Source: a virus (Duplodnaviria > Caudoviricetes). From it: a stretch of DNA of 34,119 nucleotides. The position numbers were made by a program, and so were the translations under genes. Position 1 is the first letter of the stretch, and every line of letters starts with the position of its first letter. Below the pieces are notes generated by a model. It had not been told where the DNA came from and did not search any database. It saw nothing but the letters and a program-made list of their open reading frames with translations. The stretch lies in the IMG/VR virus record IMGVR_UViG_3300037851_000515, positions 1 through 34,119 of that record. One strand, 5' to 3'. Of the stretch, positions 7,804 through 15,098 are shown piece after piece.

Positions 7804-7981
7804 AGAATGCACATCCTTTCTCTTAAATTTTTGATATTAATTGGCACAAAGACAGGATGTCTTTTATTCTATTTTGGTGCAAATCTCAACAGATATTTTT
7901 GTTTGATTTTATGGCGGTTTTGATGTATTTGATAGCAATCAAGAGGATTGCAAAGGTAGAATTGCATATCCGCTCTCTAGC

Positions 7982-8017
7982 AAAGACGGTGTTAAGCATA
8001 AAAGCACCGTCTTTTTT
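7982..8017. terminator. probable bidirectional intrinsic terminator
   Basis: AAAGACGGTG...CACCGTCTTT 10-bp stem with T6 on the plus strand; lies directly after the last late gene on the minus strand. Confidence 0.7.
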
Positions 8018-8018
8018 A

Positions 8019-8342
8019 TTAAACACTCTCTTGATTCAGATAAATATTCATGGTCCCAGTCGTATTTGACCCATGCGAATACACAATACGAAAATACTGC
8101 AACGCTCCCCGATCAGTAATCGCAAAAGCATGATTTCCTGCTGCGGCATTCATCGTATAAGTTGTCCCGTAGTCTTCAAAATTCGTACCGTCCAAACTTG
8201 CTTGCAACTTCACTGTTGCATCAACGGCATCTGCGCTTGTCCATATTACTTGATATGAAACCGTTTTGATGCCTGTGAAATTTCTTGCAGTATCAGTGTA
8301 ATCCGCCGCAAGGCTTTGAGCACTAACAATCAATACTGACAT
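8019..8342 (-). CDS. small beta-rich virion protein (putative decoration/accessory)
   Basis: 107 aa, alternating beta pattern, VKLQASLDGTNF motif; GAAAGGA RBS. Confidence 0.55.
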   Translation of the reverse strand: MSVLIVSAQSLAADYTDTARNFTGIKTVSYQVIWTSADAVDATVKLQASLDGTNFEDYGTTYTMNAAAGNHAFAITDRGALQYFRIVYSHGSNTTGTMNIYLNQESV

Positions 8343-8355
8343 GTTTTTTCCTTTC

Positions 8356-8389
8356 AAAAAAGGGAGACGGCCATCCAGCGCCGTCCCCC
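8356..8389 (-). terminator. intrinsic terminator
   Basis: GGGGGACGGC...GCCGTCTCCC hairpin followed by T6 on the minus strand. Confidence 0.8.
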
Positions 8390-8404
8390 AAAAATACCCG
8401 GAGG

Positions 8405-9229
8405 TTAAACAATTATTTCACTTTGAGAACCCGTAAAATCATTGGTATCAGCTGCGGCATAGGTGTTGCCATCAATTGAAACCGTATGCAATGAGCGAAT
8501 GACCTGCGTGGCGTGACCGCCAGAAACGGCGTCCTCATGCGGAACTGTGCAACCAAACAAATCAAGATAAAAGGTGTAATCGCCAGCGTTGGTAACAACG
8601 GCGGTTGCTGCTGTTCCATTGGTCAATCGGTGATGTGTGATTTCCAGAGAATCTTGATTGTCAGCTACCGTGAAATATATACCTTGAACTTGGTGCCAAC
8701 GATCGCCATCCATCTTAACTTGAATTTCATTGCCAGAACCCGTTAAAGTGTGGGCAACGTACAAGGCATAACCAGCCGTCGCGCCGTCGCCAACTTCCAA
8801 AATACAATCTTTGAAACGTACTTTGGTTTTGTAATTTCCCATTGCAGCGTTGTCTATCTTAACAACGTTTTGGTCCAAATCTGCGCCGAGGAAATAAATG
8901 TTTTCAAACATAAACTCCGCAGTACCGCCAATATTAACGCTGTTGATCAAAACGACTTCGCTACCCAAAGTGTCTGAACTTGTGATAATAACCCCTTTGT
9001 CGCCTGCCGGACGCAAACCAATCAAGCTCAAAGGCTTATTCACAGTCAATTTGGTTGAGAGCGTATAGGTTCCTGGCTCAATCAAAATGACATCATTGTT
9101 TTGAGCCGCATCCACCGCCGATTGAATATCGGTGAAATTGAAAACACTCTCATCCGCGCCAACCGTCAATACTTTTGAACCCTTCAAACCTGCGAAAATC
9201 CGATAACCGTTTTTTTCTGCCATGACCAT
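8405..9229 (-). CDS. parallel beta-helix (pectin-lyase-like) protein, putative spike or decoration
   Basis: FTDIQSAVDAAQNNDVILIEPGTY...VNKPLSLIG beta-helix cap motif; AGGAG RBS. Confidence 0.7.
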   Translation of the reverse strand: MVMAEKNGYRIFAGLKGSKVLTVGADESVFNFTDIQSAVDAAQNNDVILIEPGTYTLSTKLTVNKPLSLIGLRPAGDKGVIITSSDTLGSEVVLINSVNIGGTAEFMFENIYFLGADLDQNVVKIDNAAMGNYKTKVRFKDCILEVGDGATAGYALYVAHTLTGSGNEIQVKMDGDRWHQVQGIYFTVADNQDSLEITHHRLTNGTAATAVVTNAGDYTFYLDLFGCTVPHEDAVSGGHATQVIRSLHTVSIDGNTYAAADTNDFTGSQSEIIV

Positions 9230-9285
9230 TTTCTCCTATGGGATAAACCCCAAAGATAAACCTAAGACCGTCCTAGATGTTCTCC

Positions 9286-9314
9286 TTGCGGTCGTCAGAA
9301 ACATGTGATACTTT
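9286..9314 (+). promoter_or_regulatory. putative promoter for a leaderless plus-strand gene
   Basis: TTGCGG-17 bp-TACTTT, with ATG 7 bp downstream and no SD. Confidence 0.45.
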
Positions 9315-9321
9315 TTTGAGC

Positions 9322-9558
9322 ATGATTAGACGTTTCGAAATTACTTCCTTACTGTTGCTGCTGATTTTTTCGGCAGCTGCTTTTTTCCAATGGTTTTTCA
9401 TCGTCCCCGCCATCTTCACCCTTGCTATTTTTTCCGGCTTGATCTATATTCAAGCTTACCAACCACAAAACAAAGAAATCCAAACAATTAAAGACGAACT
9501 AAACGCTCTCAAAACTCGTGTCGCTGGCCTATCTATTGCTGCCCAGCAACGTCGGTAA
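9322..9558 (+). CDS. counter-oriented small membrane protein (two TM helices plus coiled coil)
   Basis: ITSLLLLLIFSAAAFFQWFFIVPAIFTLAIFSGLIYI hydrophobic hairpin, then a KEIQTIKDELNALKTRV heptad; occupies a gap with no minus-strand gene. Confidence 0.7.
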   Translation: MIRRFEITSLLLLLIFSAAAFFQWFFIVPAIFTLAIFSGLIYIQAYQPQNKEIQTIKDELNALKTRVAGLSIAAQQRR

Positions 9559-11122
9559 CTAATTTTCGATACTCTGGGTTGTTTTCTAAAAGCCAACCAT
9601 GAGTAATTGCTAAATTGGCACGTCCAGAAGCTTTTGCCTTTTCAAGTATATCAGCAAACTTGCCGAGTTTTCCGGTATTCTTTTCGAGGAAATCAGCAAT
9701 TCGCTTCGTTGCAGCTGCCGAGATTGCCGAGCCGCGTTCTCTCGCAATCTTGTGACCAAGACCCAACAAGGCGCCTTTTGCAATTCCTTCCGGACCTTCG
9801 TAAACGCCACCGCCAACCGCGCCGCCAATTCCCACTGCATAATCTGATGGCGAAATAATTCTGTTTTTCAGTTGATTCATTTCAAGATTGCCCGATGCCT
9901 GTTCTGCCAATTTATATGCGCGGTATTTTTCTTTTGCGTCGCGATATTTTGAAACCAGCTCTCTTTCTTTTGCCAAAGATTTTCCAAGCTGTTCAACGCC
10001 GCTGTCCGTAGCCTCTTCCATTGCCTTAGAAATAATATTGTACATTTTGTTTGTCGCGTCCTGGCCGAGGTTTGCTTTTGTAGGATCGGTCATTTTCCAT
10101 TGGAAATCATCTTTTAAGCGTTGCGCCATTTTCAACGAAATATTGTCGCCAAGATCTGCGATATATTTTTCCTCTGCCTTCAGTCTTTTTTTCAAAGGCA
10201 TGTTTTTTGGACTAGATAAAATGCTTGCCCGATATGCTCGCATTTGTTTTATGATGTCCTCGGTTGATACGTTTTGAGGCACTAACTCATCAATCGTGTC
10301 TCTGATTTCACCGATTTGTTGTCCGAAATATTCTTTTTTCTTTGTTGCTGCCTGTCTTATTTTGTCCGGGGTTGACCGTGCAAAACCAACTATTGCCGGC
10401 CCGGCCTCATCTGCATTCAAAACCGTTTTGCCAAAGTTCTCGATATTCTCGCCAACAAACTCCGGGTTTTTTCTCGTGATCTCTTCAACCTGTTTTTTGT
10501 AATTGCCCGTAACAGCCTTCAATGCTCGCTCTTCAGAAAATCGCCTTAGACCAGGAATTACTTTTCTTGCCTTGCCGAGAAATCCTCCCAAAGCCTCTAC
10601 ACCTGCACCAACTCCACCGGCAGTCATTGCTGCACCCGTAGTATCGCCACCACGGACGTTTACATCTGCACCTTCAATAGCGGCACCAGCTCCAATGCGC
10701 GTTGCGGCACCAGCCAAGCCCTTCATCCCCGCTCCAGGGATTGGAATAGCTGCACCGCCCAAAACCGTACCGACTAATGAGCGTACCGGGTTTTCTTTCT
10801 CGTAAGCCTCAATGTCGCCTTGATGTTCCGCTAACAAGCGGGCATATTTTTGCCTTACACTTTCGTTTTCTTGTCCCTTCATGGGTAGGACAGTTTCAAA
10901 TAACGCTCTCGCGCCAATGCCAGCCTTTGCCACTAGAGGCCCGGCTATAGGTATTTGCTCGCCAACATAAGAACCAAAGCCAATATTTTCTGACTTGCCT
11001 TCGTATTTTGGTTTGGCTTCAATTGTCTCAAAAGGCTTCGATGGATCAAACTTTGGTTTTGTTGGCTTTTGATCAATAACCTCAAAAGGCTTCGATGGAT
11101 CAAATTTAGGCTTGTTACTCAT
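9533..11122 (-). CDS. putative DNA ejection / internal virion protein
   Basis: Gly/Ala-rich hydrophobic segments, helical body, duplicated KPKFDPSKPFE N-terminal motif; last of the post-nozzle genes. Confidence 0.6.
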   Translation of the reverse strand: MSNKPKFDPSKPFEVIDQKPTKPKFDPSKPFETIEAKPKYEGKSENIGFGSYVGEQIPIAGPLVAKAGIGARALFETVLPMKGQENESVRQKYARLLAEHQGDIEAYEKENPVRSLVGTVLGGAAIPIPGAGMKGLAGAATRIGAGAAIEGADVNVRGGDTTGAAMTAGGVGAGVEALGGFLGKARKVIPGLRRFSEERALKAVTGNYKKQVEEITRKNPEFVGENIENFGKTVLNADEAGPAIVGFARSTPDKIRQAATKKKEYFGQQIGEIRDTIDELVPQNVSTEDIIKQMRAYRASILSSPKNMPLKKRLKAEEKYIADLGDNISLKMAQRLKDDFQWKMTDPTKANLGQDATNKMYNIISKAMEEATDSGVEQLGKSLAKERELVSKYRDAKEKYRAYKLAEQASGNLEMNQLKNRIISPSDYAVGIGGAVGGGVYEGPEGIAKGALLGLGHKIARERGSAISAAATKRIADFLEKNTGKLGKFADILEKAKASGRANLAITHGWLLENNPEYRKLVTDVAGQQ

Positions 11123-12299
11123 ACTCACCCGTTTGCTCGTTTAGAGTGTAGATAATTCCGTCCTGAACCACCTGCTTTGGCTTCTGGGTTGCTGGTTGCT
11201 GACCCGGTGCCGCGATTGCCTCGCCGTCTTTGCCTTGCTCGTCATCAAAGATATTTTCAAAATCCGCTTTTGTATATACCTTGCCCTTAAACCCCTTCAG
11301 CGTGCCATTTTCAGCAAAGTAATCAACAGCGTCCTTTTTAGCCTTGGCAGCTAATTCAATTTGTTTGACCAAACGATCAACTCTTTTTTGGTTTTCTTTC
11401 TCGTCAAGTCTAGGATTGTATGCTCTTGCTAATAACAATTCGCCTTCTTTTGCTGTAAATTGCGCACCAAGTACAAGCCTTAAATTGCGTTGCACAACCT
11501 CTTGAACATCTTCTTGCGCTTGTGTGCTTTTCGGCATAAAAGTTGATCTGAATGGTAAATTCCCAACAATTGGTCCCGTCAGAAAAGATGAACTACCAAG
11601 TTGTTTTGAAACATTTTTCAATTGTGCAATATTTTTCGCAACGTCTGCCGAGCCTCCGCTCGCAACATATTCGGCGTAATCTTTCGCAAATTCTTCATCA
11701 AGTTTCTTTTGACCTGGGGTTAAGTCTTTTGTTGTGATTCTTGGTTTTCCTTCCATTCCTTCAATAGGCTTATATTCGCCAGTTCGTTTATTGAACACCA
11801 TGCCATCAGACAATTGATAGTCTGCCGTTGATTGTTCTTTTTTGCCTTCTTTTGCCAATCGTGACTGTAACAAAAGTTTCTGAATATCAAATTCTCTCGC
11901 CGCCTGTTTTTCAGCGGCATCTTGAGCCAGCTTGTCGCGAGCTAATGTTTCTTTTTGCTGGAATTGTTCTTGCTCACCCAACAGTTCACCTTGTGCCATT
12001 GATCTCTTATATTGATCCATAATTTGGCGTTGCCGATCAGCCCTATTCATGGCCGATATCTGCGCAAACCTCTCGCCAGACTCAGCAAACTGCCCGGACA
12101 TGTCTTGAGGTTTGGTTCCCTGCAACATTTCAACCGCTGTCCGTGAAGGCCTTGAAAACCCCGCTGCAATATTCCCAGCGGCACGTCCAACAGCCTCCTG
12201 CTTGCGTTCGTCGGATGCAGCAATCTCGTCAGCTTCTTGCTGTTTGATCAGGTTTTCTAGGGCAGTCATTCGCACCTGGTAGGAGTCTAGTTTCGCCAT
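11115..12299 (-). CDS. putative DNA ejection / internal virion protein
   Basis: Q/A/E-rich helical protein in the post-nozzle position; start at MAKLD (GGAG RBS). Confidence 0.6.
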   Translation of the reverse strand: MAKLDSYQVRMTALENLIKQQEADEIAASDERKQEAVGRAAGNIAAGFSRPSRTAVEMLQGTKPQDMSGQFAESGERFAQISAMNRADRQRQIMDQYKRSMAQGELLGEQEQFQQKETLARDKLAQDAAEKQAAREFDIQKLLLQSRLAKEGKKEQSTADYQLSDGMVFNKRTGEYKPIEGMEGKPRITTKDLTPGQKKLDEEFAKDYAEYVASGGSADVAKNIAQLKNVSKQLGSSSFLTGPIVGNLPFRSTFMPKSTQAQEDVQEVVQRNLRLVLGAQFTAKEGELLLARAYNPRLDEKENQKRVDRLVKQIELAAKAKKDAVDYFAENGTLKGFKGKVYTKADFENIFDDEQGKDGEAIAAPGQQPATQKPKQVVQDGIIYTLNEQTGEYE

Positions 12300-12324
12300 A
12301 ATATGATTCTCCAATTATAATTTT

Positions 12325-13428
12325 TCAAATCCATTCTTTTTGCGCGTCAAAATCATCTTCTTTCTTTTTTTGCTGATAAAATGCCGGATAAAGCGAAGCT
12401 ACCTGCATTGGGACATTGGCAAAACCACCATAAATATTTCGCATCGATTCTGCGTTTGCTGCACCTTGTGCCGCAATGTCTGTTGTTGCTCCCAACTTCG
12501 ATGCAGCAAGAGCATTCGCCTTCTGGGATCGAGCGCCATACAACGCATTTATTTTTTCATTTTGGCTTTGCTGACGCATGATATCGCCTTCAATCTTTCG
12601 TTGTTGATTGACCCTTTGCGCTTCATTCTTTGCAGCAGTATTTGCGGCTTGAATTCGCCTTTTCTCTTCAGTATTTGATTGAGCTGATTGATTCATTTTA
12701 TCGATATTGGCGTTTCTCACTGCCTGATTTCTTGCCGAGTTTTCCATGGCAAATCTATTAATGATGTCCGCGTTCGTTTCGGAAAGTCCGATATCTTGGC
12801 CACGAAGTTGGGAAGCGCCTTGCATCGATTGCAATTCTGCCAAAGCCCTTGCTTTTGCTTGCGCCGTTGCTCTTTCGGCTTCAACACTACTCAAGTCTTG
12901 TGCCGCACCTTGCGAAGCCATTTGACGCATCGCGGCTTCAATCCCGCTTCCCCCCATGCCTCGCGCTTGAAGGCTCTCCATGATCGCACCTTCGCGCCCA
13001 CGAGCCATTTCGCCCGCTCTCCGTGAAGCCTGCAAATATTGCTGCTGGTCTTCTGCGGTCAAGCCTTCTTTTGCCCTTGTTTGTATGTTTTTCAATGCCG
13101 CAAGTTGAATCGCCCTTGCTTCAGGAGAATCTGAAACCATTTGAGCCTTAACATCTTGCGGAATGTCGTACATCAATGGATCTGACCCGGCTATATATTG
13201 CAGCTCTTCCGGCGTATATGACATTTCAATCGGCGAGATTATTCCAAGCTGTTCCAGTTGACTTGGATCTATGCCGGCGTTCAAAAGGTCATAGGCTTCG
13301 CCACGAAGTCCGGCAAGCTGGTTCATCGCCTTGTCAGATGCCTTGCTTGCCTCTTTTTGACCTAAATAATTTACGCCAGCACCTAACAATCCCGCGCTGG
13401 CCAATGCTGCTAATGTTATTGGGTCCAC
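12325..13428 (-). CDS. putative DNA ejection (pilot) protein
   Basis: MDPITLAALASAGLLGAG N-terminus, ARGMGGSG motif and A/Q-rich coiled coil typical of podovirus ejection proteins. Confidence 0.7.
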   Translation of the reverse strand: MDPITLAALASAGLLGAGVNYLGQKEASKASDKAMNQLAGLRGEAYDLLNAGIDPSQLEQLGIISPIEMSYTPEELQYIAGSDPLMYDIPQDVKAQMVSDSPEARAIQLAALKNIQTRAKEGLTAEDQQQYLQASRRAGEMARGREGAIMESLQARGMGGSGIEAAMRQMASQGAAQDLSSVEAERATAQAKARALAELQSMQGASQLRGQDIGLSETNADIINRFAMENSARNQAVRNANIDKMNQSAQSNTEEKRRIQAANTAAKNEAQRVNQQRKIEGDIMRQQSQNEKINALYGARSQKANALAASKLGATTDIAAQGAANAESMRNIYGGFANVPMQVASLYPAFYQQKKKEDDFDAQKEWI

Positions 13429-13439
13429 TTTTTTATCTC

Positions 13440-14720
13440 CTATCGAAAATAGCTTGCAAAGGTTTTGTCATCTACAATTTTTGATGTTTTCGGGATAAGA
13501 CCAGGAGCAAGAATACTTGTTTCCGAACCAGCTGGTTGGATTGCCAATTGCCCAGGAATAGCCATCGCTCCAGGCATTTGCGATTGAAGCCTTATTCTCT
13601 CTTCTTCTGCCTGCCTTCGCGCTAATTCTTCAGCCTCTCTTTTTGCCGCTATCTGTTTTTCATAATTACTCAGATCGGCAGAAAACCTATCTTTATTAAA
13701 TGACCACGAAGGCGCTTCGTAATCCTCGCCAATATAACGAGTTACGGGTTGACCAGAAATGCTTTCCTGAATCCCTGCAAGAGCATTATATTTGGCAATA
13801 TCTGGAAGAGCCATTTTCGCCGCCATGCCCGTCGTTGGTGTTGCTCCAACGAACGACCAGTAGTTTGATGGATTGTATCCCATGCTATTCAATACGCCAC
13901 CGCCAACATCTATTGGTGCTTTTCCTGGCCCTTGCGAAATGAGGTTTTCTCTGCCTGTGACAAGCTCTTTGAGTTTGCCTTCAACCGCTCCCCTTCCCTT
14001 CGCCAAATAATCTGAAAGCGCCGATCTGAATTTGTTCCTTTCAAGATCAGTCGCCACGTCATAATCGGATTGTTGTTGTCGTCCGGCTTCCAGTGCTTTC
14101 GATAACGGATCAACTGCCTCGGCTTTAAATTGATCGGCAAGGGTTTTTGCATATCCTGAAACAAACTCAGGATCTTGTTGTAGAAGCGATTGATCAAGAA
14201 GTGACATTGTTGGCGTATAGGTCGAAACAGCATTTGGTTTACCTCGCAATCCAAGGTCAACTAAGCTTTTAAAACTGTTTGGCTGTACCTTCGCAAACTC
14301 TTCCTTAATCGGTGTAAATTCACTTTCAATCTCCGAAAAATCAACTGGCGTGTAATCTTGCGTCACGCCTTGCAGAATCTTTTCCGGGGTTGCGCTTTCG
14401 AAATCTTGTTGGTTATAAGCATAGGGAGAATATTTAGGAGTTTCAGAAACCTTTTTTTGCAATTCGCCAGATTTTGTTTTTGCTTCGCTCAACAGCTGTT
14501 GCCCGGAAGCTCGAATTTGTTCTTGCATACTGCGATTGTCTTTGTTGGCGTTCAAGTAATCCTGAATATTAGTCCACTGACCGGGTTTTCCAGCTGCGGT
14601 TTTTTGCGAGGGAAGTCCCCCTCCTAGACTTCCCCCGCTACCCGCGACCCCTGTCTCTTGAGACTGAAACATTTGGCCTTGCTTGTTCTTTTCTTCTTCG
14701 TCTTCCATCAAATATGCCAT
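13440..14720 (-). CDS. putative internal virion protein
   Basis: 426 aa; low-complexity N-terminus then SGQ/GQWTNIQDYLNANK-type motif; position after the nozzle. Confidence 0.55.
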   Translation of the reverse strand: MAYLMEDEEEKNKQGQMFQSQETGVAGSGGSLGGGLPSQKTAAGKPGQWTNIQDYLNANKDNRSMQEQIRASGQQLLSEAKTKSGELQKKVSETPKYSPYAYNQQDFESATPEKILQGVTQDYTPVDFSEIESEFTPIKEEFAKVQPNSFKSLVDLGLRGKPNAVSTYTPTMSLLDQSLLQQDPEFVSGYAKTLADQFKAEAVDPLSKALEAGRQQQSDYDVATDLERNKFRSALSDYLAKGRGAVEGKLKELVTGRENLISQGPGKAPIDVGGGVLNSMGYNPSNYWSFVGATPTTGMAAKMALPDIAKYNALAGIQESISGQPVTRYIGEDYEAPSWSFNKDRFSADLSNYEKQIAAKREAEELARRQAEEERIRLQSQMPGAMAIPGQLAIQPAGSETSILAPGLIPKTSKIVDDKTFASYFR

Positions 14721-14723
14721 GGC

Positions 14724-15098
14724 TTACGCTCCTAACAATATGAATTTACATGTTCCGGTGCCGGCGCCACCAGTAAAATAAACAATAATCCCAACCGTGT
14801 TTTGATTTATTTTTCTTACCCTAAAACCATCGACTCCCAAATCATCTGGCGTTTTGATCAAAAGCGTGCCGTAAAAATTCCTTATTTTTTCGTGCAAAAT
14901 TTCTAATTCAGTTCCATGCGTAAACTCAAATTCTTTGATCTCACAATAGAAGTTATCTACAAACGAAAGATTTCCACGTAGAGCACGAATAACAACATCC
15001 ATAAACCCGTTGAGAACAGATATCACCGGCGTAAACCAGCTTGGCGCTTGCGGTAAGTCGCTTTTTAAAATTTTCTTGGTGCCCGGAACTATCGCCAT
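14724..15098 (-). CDS. putative virion structural protein
   Basis: Start at MAIVPG overlapping the nozzle stop (TAATG). Confidence 0.55.
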   Translation of the reverse strand: MAIVPGTKKILKSDLPQAPSWFTPVISVLNGFMDVVIRALRGNLSFVDNFYCEIKEFEFTHGTELEILHEKIRNFYGTLLIKTPDDLGVDGFRVRKINQNTVGIIVYFTGGAGTGTCKFILLGA

